Assembly (NCBI GenBank): GCA_035221665.1
Contig: CM069163.1
Coordinates: forward strand, 13,454,001 to 13,518,000
Direction: 5' to 3'
From: Okamejei kenojei
Taxonomy: Eukaryota
Length of the DNA: 64,000 nucleotides
Shown here: in pieces, positions 41,501-55,600 of the stretch
Layout: every line of letters starts with the position of its first letter
How positions within the stretch are numbered: position 1 is the stretch's first letter
Program-made: the position numbers and the translations under genes
The notes under the pieces: generated by a model
Databases searched by the model: none
Told to the model about the DNA's origin: nothing
Seen by the model: only the letters and a program-made list of their open reading frames with translations

Positions 41501-44500
41501 TTTTGAATGTATTCTGACTGTATTACCAAAATATGATTTTTAAATGAAATGTGTAACAAGGTGCAAGCTAGTAATGATAGTGACTGAAGGCTGATGGTAC
41601 AGGCTACGTTAATTCAAGAAAACGAGAAGCGAATGTGATGAATTGGAGTGCTTTAATTGGGTACTTGGGCTTTGAAAGGTTTACTATTCCAGATCAATGC
41701 AATGTGTTTGTCTGTTTTTATATATTTGAATTGGGGTTGTGATCCATCTTTTTCTTATGTATTAAAGGAACGAAATGACTCCTCCAATGGTGTCAATCGG
41801 AATGTAAACGGAGAAAATATTGATCCAACTCAAAGTGTGGAATCTGAGGAAGATGAAGAGGAGGAGGACGAGGAGGAGGAGGAGGAGGAAGAAAAGTACA
41901 ATATTGCAGACCAACCAGATTCAGGGTTATCCATGGACTTTGGAAGGCTTGATCACATTCGCAAGATGGAGCTTCCAAAGAAAGTGTGTACTTTGTGTGG
42001 TTTGCTAGTTAATTTCCACATTTTTAGAGCCTGGTTAAGTGAATACTTGAAGATTTCTTTGTGCAATATCAAATTTAGAATGTTTGAATTGTGGAACATT
42101 TGCAGGTTTAGGAATAAGAAATGCAGTTGATTTTTAACTTCTGGGTTTGATGTCCATAATTGAATAACTAACAATCAAAGGCCAGAATAGGAAATTACCT
42201 CTAGTGGGTGACACGGCAATCAGAATATTGCATAAAACAAAACAAAAACACCCTTTTAGTAGTTTTTGACATCAGTCTGAGGAAGGGTTTCGGCCCGAAA
42301 CGTTGCCTATTTTCTTCGCTCCATAGATGCTGCCTCACCTGCTGAGTTTCTCCAGCACTTTTGTCTACCTTTGATTTTACAGCATCTGCAGTTCCTTCTT
42401 AAACACCCTTTTAGTAATTCCTGTTTTCTTATATAGAAATCCATATGCTTATCGGAAGTACCTTTTACAAATCTTAGTTCCACTAGTATGTTCTACCTTG
42501 AGCTAAAATTGGACACGTTAAATTGTGATTTGTGAATGTATTAAATCTCTCCTATTTGTCCGTTTGCTTTCCTTTTAAACCAAAACATAATTTTATCAGT
42601 GTTTGCCTGGATTCTTTTTTTGGGGGGGTGGCTCAAGATACTTAAATTTACTGACATAATATTAAAGGTTCCTGTAGAAATTGTATTTCTCTTTGCACAG
42701 GCTAACTTCCAGCAAGAAGAATATGATCCTGAAGAGGATCAAGATTCTGATGACCTGGAGGACGATGATGATGACTTTGAATCTGATGTGGTGAGTCATT
42801 TGTTCTGGAGGTGTATGCACAATAGATATATGACTTGGAGGATATTTTGTACCTGGGTGTCTTCATCTGGATATCATTTTGAATTTGTTTGTCACCACCA
42901 AGAGACCCTAAAATGTATTCCTATATTTTGTAATTCTCCTTGTCTCTCAGTCTTTTGGGTTTGCAGATGCCTGCGGGATACACATGGGCACCTGTTAGAT
43001 GGAACGTTCTCAGAAGTAAGCTTGCTGCATATTCCCAGTTGGGTCAGATAAGAGTAATGCATCATGAAGTGGGTAGGTTGAGTTAGCTTTAAAAAAAAAA
43101 GTACATCTTATCTGACCACATTCCATTAATTTGTGGGGACTAAAATTATTTGTGATTATGCAGCCATTCTGGAAGAACAAATTGGGATAGTTGCTGAGTG
43201 TGATTCTTGTTCTTAAATTCGAAATGTCCAATAAAATAAAGAATTCAGCGGCAGAAAAAGATTTTGTTACCTTTCAACTGATGTTTAATTAATAACCGTA
43301 CTAATTTCAAGACCTTCTCAGGTTCTTGTATGTCTCAGTGATACTGAGGAGTGGTAGTCTTTTTGATTGGCAAGACAATTAAGCTCAGTATTGTGGGCAA
43401 GGCCAGTGGTCAAGTGAATCTCGACACAAAACATTCCTTCTCTCCAGAGATGAATCCTGTCCCGCTGAGGAACTCCATCATTTTGTGTCTACCTTTAAAT
43501 CTATGCCTATTCCCTTAAGAAATGTGGAACAAAAAGATGTCTGGTTTGGTATATTTGTGTTTGATTTTGCAGGCAAATCAGGATTAGGTAGTTAGTGAAC
43601 TACTTTTAGTAGTGTGACTAGTTGGGGGAAATCTCTGGCGAGTATGTTTAGCTGCTTAACAATGTTTTTGTTCATGAAATGGATGGCACTGGAAAAAGTA
43701 TATACAAGGATATCAAACTTTAACCCCAGATCTATTGGAGGAAGGAATTAATAGAAAGGCAGAATCAAGCAATTTAATATCTTACTTATATAATATAATT
43801 CTAAATATAGAAACACCAACGACAGAGGCAATTAGAAGAGACTGGGAACAAGAGTTATTGATAAAAATTCCGAAAGATAGATGGGATAAAAATTTATTAT
43901 ATGTAAATAAATGTTCAATGAATGTAAGACATAACCTAATTCAATGTAAAATTTTACATAGATTATATTATTCGAAAACAAGACTGAATAAAATATTTTC
44001 AAATGTTTCCCCCATCTGCAACAAATGTCTAACTCAAAATGCCACTATAGCACGTTCCTTTGTCTCTTGTACAAAACTGTATACATTTTGGAATGAAATT
44101 TTTGGAATTTTTACAAAACTATTTAACACAAAATTGAACCCCAATACCGAATTGATTATCTTTGGATCAATGGAAGAGGGAAGTAAACTAACTATATTCC
44201 AAGAAGCTTTTCTTAATTATGGTCTAATAACAGCGAAAAAACTTATACTTAAATTTTGGAAAAACGCACCTACGCCAACATTCAAAATGTGGATCTCAAA
44301 CATGTCTGAAACGCTACATCTTGAAGAAATGAGATTCCTCTTACTAGGCAAAGTAGACCAATTCTTAAAGATTTGGTCTCCGTTTATGAACTTTTTACAA
44401 GCATATGGTGCAACATAGCATAACCTTAGAAATTAAATGGTTTAGAACTGGGTGACGGATGGGCAAAAATATGGGATAGGTAGATCTCCTAATCTCTCTT

Positions 44501-47500
44501 TTCTTTACTTTTTCCTTTTCTTTCAATCTTTTAACCTCCTCTCTGTCCTTTATTTCTTTTGTTTTCTGTTTCTACTCGCTTGTCTATCTATTCCGACACT
44601 CTTTATTTCTTTTTTCTCTCACTGTTCTTTTAATATTGAACCAAAAGTATGAAGTTGTACAAGAATGAAAATATGTATTTATGTATTAGGTACTTAAGTA
44701 CCAGACTGCTGTACTTACTTCTAACAAAAATAAACTAACAAAAAAAAAAAAAAGAAATGGATGGCACTGTGACGTAGCGATAGAGCTACTGCTTTACAGC
44801 TCTAGAGACCCAGGTTCGGTCCTGACTATGGGTGCTTGTCTGTACGTTCTCCCTGTGACCTGCGTGGGTTTTCACCGAGGTCTTCAATTTCCTCACACAC
44901 TCCAAAGGTGTACAGGTTTCTACGTTAATTGGCTTGATATAAATGTAAAATTGTCCCTAGTGCGTGTAAGGTAGTGTTAGTGTATGGGGATCGATGGTCG
45001 GTGCGGATACGGTGGGCCAAAGGGCCTGTTTCCGCGATGTGTCTCTGAACTAAACAAAAAAACTAAACTAAACTGAAATGGCTACACATAGAAGAGTGGA
45101 TTAGAACAATTTAATTTGTTGCAGTAAGTAATTTTACAACCGTATATGTTGACCATTCAGAGTTCAGAATCAAGTTTGAAAAGGAAGTGGAAGAAAAAAG
45201 GAAAGAATGACAGCCCATGGATTACACCAACCAGGAAACGAAGACGGAAGAACCGACCAAAAACAAGCAATAAAAAAGGTAATGATAATAAAAAGCAAAA
45301 CACATTGCTGGAGGAATTCAGTGGGTCAGGCCTCTGTGGAGGTATTGGACAGATGACATTTCGGGTCGGGACTGATGGGAATAAAGGGCCTGTCCCACTG
45401 TACGAGGTAATTCAAGAGTTTCTGGATGCATTATAATTGGATAACACAGAACTGGACGATACAGAGTGCAGAATATAGTTCTCAGCATCCAGGTGATCAA
45501 ATATTTAGTGGCTTAGAATTCTCACAAAGCAAGGATTCTGTCTGAATTAGCCGACATGTGTGAGCAATTGTGCGGTTACCTTGCTTCGATAATCTTTTCA
45601 TTGTAGATTTAATTATTTACAGGCGCTGACACAGAGACCCTAACTTTGACAGATAATAATGAGTATACCGAGATCCCCTGTGACGCATTGGATCTGCCTG
45701 CAGGCAGTCTGTTTTCATCACAATCTACAGGTAAAGGTGTTAAGACACATGTAAGAATATTTGTGTACTAGAATTTATTTCTGAATATGCAGCTCAGATG
45801 TAAGAATTAATTTAGTGTTAGGTGAAAACATTTGGAACTTCTATTCACCCTGAATTTTGCAGGATCCGTCTGAGCACTTTTGTTAATGTTTTAGTTGAAG
45901 TTAATTTTGCTTAACTAATGTGGCTATTTCACTATTTGTTTCTCAATGCAGGTATTTCCCAAAGCTCTGACTCAGTGGAACTAGATAAGCTCCAGGAGGT
46001 GCCTCTTTGTAGCTGTCGGATGGAAACATCAAAAGGCCGAGAAATGGTTAAGCTGGCTACCAATAAGTGTATGGCCACTGAGAATATAGATGAAGAGGTA
46101 AGGATCTTGGTAAAGTTTCATTTGGCAGGTTTCTTGATTAGTGGTTATGAGGAGAAGGTAGGAGAATGGGGTTAGGAGGGAGAGATAGATCAGCCATGAT
46201 TGAACGGTGGAGTAGACTTGATGGCCCGAATGGCCTAATTCTACTCATATTCCTAATGACCTTATGTGGTTTAAATTAGCAGATAGATTGTTATGAGTGC
46301 ATTGCATGACTAATGATGCTAGATCAATTATTTTCAGTAAAATTACAATGAAAATGAACAATTAAAAAAAAAAAAATATATGTTAAGTGTGCTCTTCTGA
46401 GTACGACAATTAGGATGGTATTTTTTAGCTTTAAAAAAAAAACTGAATTAAGACATCTTGTTGGTTCATTTGTTTTTAGTCAAATTTAGCAGAGATGGGT
46501 CTGGGATTTAGTTTTGACAGGAGGGAATATGTGTGATACATTTTGCTCAATATTGTCGTTATTGACATGTGTGACATAGTGCCAGAGATCACATTAATAT
46601 ATCTACTAGAAATATGCAGTTGATGGGCACCCAGTGGCAACTTTAGTTCAGCTTAAAGAAATTCTGAATGATCTATTGAAATATGTTACTTTGGAAATAA
46701 ATGTGTTTCTTCTGTAGAGACTTGCACATGTGGAAGACACAGTTCTATTGACATTTTTAAAACATCATTTAACTCTGCATAAAATCACAAGATGAATCTT
46801 TTGGATACACAAGGCCACAATTAACACCTATACTTAAACACTTTTTCATTTGAAAATGGCTTGCATTGAAAATGTTCCCTGCATTGGGTACTACTTCTAA
46901 ATAATAAGGTGAACAATGCACAGAGCAAATGGAGACACTCAGAGCTGTTTACACGATTATGTATCTGTATTTAGCTCACCCCAAAGACGCCATTTCAATG
47001 ATTGGGCTATGAAATAAATGTAGTGTCATTCTCTATCCAGAGAGTTGATGATGAAAGATCTTTGGGGGCTTTTAAAGAAGATACATGTTTACTCCACCCT
47101 TTAATTTGAATTCACAAACGCCTACCATAAAACGTAGAATTTGAGCTTATGAGCGTTACATTTTTGAGCTCATATACAAATTCCTCAAATGGTGTCATTG
47201 TGATGGTTAGTTGAGGTAAATATTGGCCAGGAAATTGTGGAGCTGGTTGGTGATTAGGACGACAGTGTGCTGCAGCTGGTAGAGCCGCTGTCACAGAGAG
47301 CAGGGTTCAGTGCAGAGTAGAATTTACATGCTCTCCTTCTGACTATGGGAATTTCCTCTGCGGGCTCTGGTTTCAACCCACATCCGAAATACTTGTTGGT
47401 TGGCTAATTGGCCGCTGTAAATTGTTCCTACTGTGAGTGGTCAAATGTGGGAATAGTTGATGGGAACGTGGGAAAGATAAGAATGGGATTGGTATAAATG

Positions 47501-49656
47501 GGTGTATGAAAGTTAGCTCAGACTGGGTGGGCCGAAGGGCCTGGATACATGCTGTATCTCTCTTTGGGCAGCGCTAAAACTCTTATTCAGAATAATGCCT
47601 TGATCTTTTACTCCTGCCTAATAAGGCAGAAGGTGCCTTGGTCAAGTGCTTCACCTGAAAGTTGGCACCTCTCATAATACCCAATCTCTGTTTATTTGCA
47701 TGTAATGCAATGCTGCAGGTTCATTGGTAATCAATTTAAAGTTCACTTTGCAAATCAACATCTGACTGAATAAATGTTTCTTCCAGTTAAATAGCTGCAT
47801 TAACACAGTCATCAAGCAAGAAATGATGCGACCTTCCAATAAGGTGCAGTTAATGGTATTATGTGAAGACCATAGATCCCGAATGGTGAAACATCAGTGT
47901 TGCCCGGGATGTGGATATTTTTGCACAGCTGTGAGTATAAGAAGCTTCAAAGCAGATAGGTACAGATAGGATGACAAAAACACATCAGATTTTTGTTTTT
48001 ATATGGCTTTAAAACCAAAAAATATTGGATTAAATTTGCAGAATTGTGGGTGCAACAGATTGTGTTTTTTTCCAGTGGTGAGCTAATTTTAAAGCCATAC
48101 AATAAATAACGTGAATGCTTGGAATCATTTGGCTGAAAGTATATGTTTTGTTTATTTTCAAATTACTGAAAGAGTTCTTTGAAAAAATTATGACGTTATA
48201 AAGTTGCTCCTTGTTTCATTTCCTCAGGCCAGCACTATATATACATGTCAATTTAGTAAGATGGGAGCTCGATTGTATGCAGTTGAGTGTTTGTAACCTG
48301 GGGATGACTTGCAGCCTGGGTCCTGTTTCTTTGTGTCATGGAGGAGTCAATCAGCAGCTTAGACACTTTATGCATGTGGGAAATTTGTATTGCCCACCAG
48401 ATGGCATATGAGAGTTCAAACTAAGTGGCTGCCTTGATCATTTTGTAGTAGTGAAAGAGATCTTTAGACTTAACTTGCTGTTTAGTTGGCAGATCCTTTT
48501 ACTCATTGCAGTTATTCTGCGATGCTGTGCTCCATTTTTTGTGAGGAATTTACTTTCTTCACAAATAGAGGAACACAATCTTTCAAAAGTGAGGGTGTGC
48601 TACTTGGATGTACTAAAAGTAACTAGAGTTCTTGTTGAAGAATGAGATCAAGTGGTCACAATTTTGATATGTTTTGCTCATTATTTGCATTTTAACTGAA
48701 AATGGATTTGACATTAGGTTGCATTCTCAGCTGTGGTAAGAATGCAATCCTGCATATATAATGGTCTGGTGAATTCCTTTATTGATACTCCTATGATGGT
48801 TCACTTGTTTATGCTACTCCCGTCTCTAATTTAAGGAGCACAGGAATTATTTCAAATGGGGCAACTTGCTAGTAATTCAGCAGAATCGTAAAACTTGCTT
48901 TAAATGGACACTGAATGACTTAAATTGGAATTGAATTGAAAAAAGAATTCCTGTCAATAATTTTCTGTTTCAATGAGGGTTAGTTAGGTACTTATATATC
49001 TCTTCAGAATGAGAAACTATGAGTATTTGGAATAGATGGGCAGTACCATCATTAACTTTGTTTATGTAAGAGCTAGGGAAGATACTGGCAGCAGCCTCCT
49101 CACTGATTTATCACAATTGGAGATTAAAAATAACGCTACATTTATGCTTAATTTCTTGGTCTTTTTGAAAAGGCACATTAAATTAACATGCTTTTTCCAG
49201 GGTACGTTCATGGAATGCCAGCCGGATAGTAGCATTTCGCACCGTTTTCACAAGAAGTGTGCATCACATATGAATGGGCTATCTTACTGCCCACATTGTG
49301 GTGAGGATACTGCTCAAGCAAAAGAAGTTACAATCGCAAAAGCAGACACTACCTCTATGGTACCTCTTCCAACACAGGAAAACATTGTTGCTGTAAATGG
49401 AAAAGCAGACACTACATCAGCAAGGTGAGCCATCTTTAGTAGTTTGGGAACATTCTGGTTGAGAATAATTATCAGCAATTGTTTATATCCATGCATGGCC
49501 GATTGTGAACATCACAAAGTTAAAAAAATGTCAGATTTCAATCTAAACTTTAGAGTAGAATCTTGATTTAAAAAAACTTGATAACATTCAAGATATGATT
49601 TTGGTCTTCACTTAGTTAAATTCAGCTTAGTATTTTTGTTATGAGAGCGAGAGACA

Positions 49657-49698
<42 letters not shown>

Positions 49699-52600
49699 GA
49701 GAAAAAATAATCAGGTAGAATATAAGGTGATGTTCTTCTTTCTGAAATTTAAGAAAATTATGTCATTAAATGGATTGTGAACCTCTTGGATTGTTAGTAA
49801 AATCAGTCTGATTTAACTATTATCCTTTCAGGAAAGAGACATGCCATTGTTGCTTTGTCTTGCTGACCTATGTCACCTCGCCCTTGGCCATGAGCTACCT
49901 CTGATTTCCCTTCTGAAATTGCCTGGCTAGCCCTTCCAGAATATCAGGGGTGGGCCATAAATGCTGACCAAGCCAGTGATGTCCATATCTAATCAAAGAA
50001 CAATTCAAATAAACACAATTTTTGAAGGAAGAACTTGGAAATTATTATTCCGACCCAAAATGACTCCAAATGCTGGAAAAATAAAATAAAATAAAAGCAA
50101 ACAATAAACATATATAATGTTTCAGAGCAATGACCTTCCATTAGTTTTGATGGAAGGTTGAACCTGAAGTATTTCTTTTCAATGCATCCTGCTTCCAGTA
50201 TTTCAGCTGTTCAACTTTTATTGCAGGATTCTAGCATTGAATAATAATTTCCAAGTGTATCACTGATTAAAAATCCTTTTCAATTAAAATGTACATGTTA
50301 ATCATAGATATAATGCTTAAATATAATACTATTATTTCAACTGCTGCCTGTTTATTTGCCAATAGATTTTATTAGAATGGTATCTTTTAAATTGGAGTCT
50401 TTTATCTGAGAAACTGTCTCTCAAGAACAGAAGCATTGAAATGCAGCAAGGATAAAACTACTGTTTTATTATTGTTGTTTTATGATCTTTGGAGATAAAT
50501 TATTTGGTATAATTTAATTTTAGCAATGAATTTTCCTTTTATGTGCTTTTATTTAGTTCCTGAGGTATTCTGAATGTGAATTTGCTATGATTTTGTCTTT
50601 GAATTCATACATTTCCCTCAGTAATTCATTTTAATAATTTAAAACATGCTGCTGCTTACTTAGATTGTTAATTGAAGTTTGAATGATGGCCTGCTGTTTC
50701 ACTTTGCATGTTAATTTTTTCTGTAACCATGTTACTGTTTGGAAACAGAGGGGCTGAAATCAAAATGCTAAATGCGTAAAAATTCCAGAATTTTATTGTA
50801 AATAATATTTTCCTAAATGTAATTAATTTTACATGTTAAGTTGATATCATCCACTTAATATAAAGTGTTTGAGAACTTATAGTCCGAAGTCATTTGTAAA
50901 TGGTGGTTCCCATAAAGATTTTATTTGTAATTGCCAGTATAGCCAGTTCTATCGTCGGTACGGTACGGTATATAATATAAAATTTTATAAAAATGAATGT
51001 CAATTTTAACCTTTTGCAGCAATGCTCGGATGAGAATGTCATTGGAAAATAAGCCTGAAAACACTATGTCCAAGGTGGCTGATAGTTCGGATATCTATGG
51101 CCCCTCCACTACTTTGAATTCTGGAGCAAACATACCAGTTGCAAATCTGCAAGCTGGGCCAGGGAAAGAGACCATGGAAAGTATTCTTATTGCTCTCGAT
51201 ACCGAGAGGTAAGCATTTGAAAGGGATGGGTTATGCTAAAACAGAAATGAAAAACATGTCAATGTTAAAGAAACTAATTACTGACTTGTTATTAAAGAAA
51301 TAGCGAATCTAAAATGTTTTAAGTGAAGTAAATATTCATTGACTTTTGACGACTTTCTTTGAGATTATGCAGATAGAGCTGTGGCATTGACATTCTGTAA
51401 CCCTGTGTCTGTAGGTACACAGAGGTAACACTGGGTAGTTATTTTCCTAAGTTCCTGAGCAATGCAATATATTCCCACTGTAGCCTAACCAAAGTCCTAA
51501 AGAGCTGCATCATGACTTATTGACTCTTGCTCTCAATGCCCCTGGCAATGAAGACAAGTGTACTATATGCCCTCTTTACTATCCTATCCATTTGCTGGTG
51601 TAAAGGGCTCCATCTGTGGGAAATAAACAAAGATCTTTGACTCTAAATGTTAATTCCTCTTGCTGAGAAAGGAAAGGCACAGCATGCTATAGATTGAGTT
51701 GGGTAAGGAATTCTCTGATTCTCCAATTGCAAATTCCCAGAGTGGATTCAGAGGCTTATCCTCATCAAAGATCTTTGTTTATTTTCCACAGATGGAGCCC
51801 TTTACACCAGCAAGAGGATAAGATAGTAAAGAGGACATATGGTACACTTGTCTTCGTTGCCAGGGGCATTGAATGCTGTAAGGGTCAATAAGTCGTGATG
51901 CAGCTCTTTAGGACTTTGGTTAGGCCACATTGGGAATATATTGCATGTTGTCCTGGTCGACCCCATTACAGGAAAGATGTGGAAGGTTTGGGGAGGGTGC
52001 AGAGGCGCTTTACCAGAATGCTGCCTGAATTAGAGGGTTTCAGCTACAGAAAGAGGTTGGATGGACTTGGATAATTTTTTCCGGAATGTCGGAAGTTGAG
52101 GGGAGACTTGATATAAATGTAAGAATTTGTGGGAGGCATAGATAGGATAGATCAGAACCTTTTTCCAGGGGTGGAAATATCCAACACTGGAGGGGCATAG
52201 CCAATAAAGTGAGAGAGGGAAATTTTAGTGGAGATATATGCGATGCAAGTGTTTTTACCCAGAGGGTAATGGGAGCCCTGGAAAGCATTGCCGGGGGTGG
52301 TGTAGGAGCTAGATACAATAGTGGTGTTCAAGAAGCTTCTCGATAGGTACAAGGAAATGCAGAGAATAGAAAGATATGGATCATTTACAGGCAGATGAAA
52401 TCAGTTTAACTAGGCATCATGTTTGGCACAATTATTGTGGGCTGAAGGGCCCATTCCTGTGCTGTACTGTTCTGTGTTCAAAGTTCAAATATGAGCCAAT
52501 AGTAAAATATCAATTTTTCTTTAACAAAGCATTCTTTCTTTAATCTGGAGAGCACTGCTTGAACTGGAACATGCTGCCTCTGAAGGTGGTGGAGACTGGT

Positions 52601-55600
52601 ATTCTTTCAATATTTAGCATCTTGCCAAGCACTTGAATTCCCAAGGCATAGTAGGCTAGGGATGAAGTCCTATTAAATAGGATCAGTATAGATCAGGGGT
52701 CGGCAACCTACGGCCCCCGGGCCGAATGCGGCTCTTAACTTGAAATCATCCAGCCCGCAGGCGTAATTTTTTTTTTCCCCGTATTCATCCGGCCTGTAGA
52801 CTTCCGTTATCTCCGATACCTCATGAGGCCGCGCCGCCCAGGAGCGGTGACGCAAGGAGGCCTGTGCTGGCAGCCGCAACGGCGGAGCGGCCGTGCCCCG
52901 AGCGCTGGCTGTACCGTATCCTGCGCAAGGCCGCGTACCTTCTGTGAACACGTAATTTGTTGCCTGCCATTCAGGGGCGGGATCCATGTGTACATGTGAT
53001 AGATGTGGCCCGCCATCTGCTCACAGACATGCGTCCTGGCCCTTATGCAGAACAAGGTTGCCGACCCCTGGTATAGATACTTGATGATTAGCACTAATAG
53101 AGCTTTTGAATTTGTATGGCTCAATGATTCTTAGATTCAAATTCTTTGGTTCAAACAGACCCAAGAAGTTACGGTTTCATCCAAAGCAGTTATATATCTC
53201 TGCAAAGCAGGGGGAGATGCAGAAAGTTCTTCTAATGCTGGGTAAGTTGTCCTATGCACCTAAATGTAGAATGTACAGCAAAACACCTATAACGGTTGGG
53301 AGGATCTTGTACCAATGAAGACATGATGGAGAGGGTTTGAGGAGTAAATAACTAAGCTGTTATTCAATATAGTTGCCACACAATACTGTTTTAATCTGTT
53401 TTTGAGTGGAAAAGTTTCAAAAATAAAACGCTGAGATACAAATTTTGAAGGTGTAAATCAGAAATAATGACTCCAATTCAAATTGGTGAATGCCCTTTTA
53501 AAATAATTTGGTTTGTTCATGCCACATATATAGAATGCTTTAATGGCAATGCAGACTGAGGAAGATGCAGAAAAGCTTCCAAGAGATAAAGATATGTGAG
53601 GTGAATGGGCTAAGACATTGTGGATGGAATGTAAAATGAGGCCATTCACTTTGGTATAAAATGTGGAAAGCTGGAGTATGTTTTACCAGCGAGGTTTAAA
53701 AGGTATTAGCGAGCCCTGCATGTTCTGGTCTGGTCTAAGAAGTCAGCAAAAGTTAACATACATTTTGCCTTTCGAGCTGTTTGGAGAATCTGTATTTTGT
53801 TGTTTTATTGTAAGAGGATTTGAGTACAAAAGCACAGACTTTGCTTGGTTGAGATGGTTAGAAACCAATCACTTTCTCAAAATAGAATTGGGGATTTCGG
53901 ACCGAATTGCGAAAAAAAGAAAATCTGTTTACCGAGACAGTGTGAATCTTTGGGATTCACTAGCCCAAGTGTGCTGTGAATGCTGAGTCACTGGTACATT
54001 CAAGACAGCAGAATGTTCTTATATCAATGGAATCGTGTTAGTGCATGTGAGTAGTGCTGAGGTATAGATTAGCCATGATTTCATTGAATATATCAGGCAT
54101 GAGTTACCAAATGGCCTATTCCTGTTTCGTTATGCTTTGTTGAGATGCAAGCAACTCCAACGATCCTCAGTTGCTTGAAAGAAAAAAGATTGCATCTTAG
54201 TCCAAAAATAATACCTTCCTGAAGCTATCCCCCTTAAATTGTCGCTCCTACCCCAATGAAGGGAACCTCTTCTCTGTTCCTGTCAAGCCCTGAGATATTC
54301 TACCTGTTTAAAAAAGGTCACTCTTATTTTTCCAAACTTTACAAAACTTGGCTCGTCTTTCTCGAATCTCTCATCCAAGGTCAGCTCTGTCGGCCAAAGT
54401 CAGCTCTCTTATCTTGGGAATCAATCTTGTGAACCTTATTGCATCAACACTGAATCAAGTATAACCTCGGAGACAGAGACCAAAACTGCACAACATGTCT
54501 CTCCTGTGATCTTGATGGAATAAATTGTACGAGAAGTTACTCTTATATTCCAATTGTCCTTCTAATGTCTTGCAGTATTTGCTTATTAACTTGCTCTGTA
54601 TGACATTTAATAGTTTCCCATATTATATACAGAGAAAGATTTTTCTTGTTTCTGTGTAGGTCATTTTTGAGGCCCTGTTTGGAACAGTTTAATATTGCAC
54701 ACCCTTTCTTAAGAACAGGATATTAAAACATTGGCATGGTTTACAGAAGACAGTCGTAAGGATGATTTTGGACCTGAGTGTATAACTATTTTAATTGAGG
54801 GACCCCTAAATTATGAAAAGCAAAAAGGTTAGTGTCATAGGAAAAGATTTGTGAAGAATAGTGATTGCAGTGTTTGAAGTTAGGAATCACATGGTTTGTG
54901 GATGTAAGCAAACCATCTAACAGGCACAGTGTAGAACAAGTAGGCATGTTAGATTGGGAGAATTATGGCAAGCTCCACCACAAGACAACTTAAAACATCC
55001 CTTAATCGTGACTGGGATTCAAAATGTCTAGGATAAATGCGGCTTCAGGCATCTGCTGGAAGATATGTTTGCTGCTTTTATGACAAGAAAAAGTATTTTA
55101 AGAAAACTAACATCAGGAATTTTAATCTTTCATCAGGAACAGGTATTTTCGGAGACTGAGACAAGCAACAGCTGGCACTTGACCATTGTAAAATTTTCAG
55201 AGGCACATTACAGAAGTTCTGTATAAGGAATGGATATTAGGGCTGAAAGTTCTTTTATTTTCTATGTCTTTGATGATTGTGTAATATACTATCATTTGAT
55301 CTACTGACAAGTGTGCAGCTAAAAATTAAAATATAAAACCTCAAATTTTCTCAAAACTGAATGTTTTTCAATCCTCTTTTTTCTAGTTGATGGGATTGAT
55401 CCTAACGTTAGAGCTGAGCACCAGAATAAGCGGACACCTCTCCATGCAGCAGCTGAGATAGGCCATGTGGAAATTTGTCATATGCTTGTACAGGTTAAAA
55501 TGCTTTTTTTGCTCATAACTTTTAAAGCTTTTAAATTTACTTTTATTCTATAATAAACAAGAGGGTCTGTGATATAATAGGTCACAATATTTAGCACTAT

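Noticed and set aside
44760-44830. tRNA gene
   Set aside because: A/B boxes belong to a SINE head; no acceptor stem, and it continues into the SINE body.
45279-45436. ORF continuing past exon 8
   Set aside because: Read-through into Penelope and MITE fragments; a good donor exists at 45278.
45607-45622. Upstream AG (45606) as the exon 9 acceptor
   Set aside because: It gives an in-frame TGA within 8 codons; 45623 keeps the frame.
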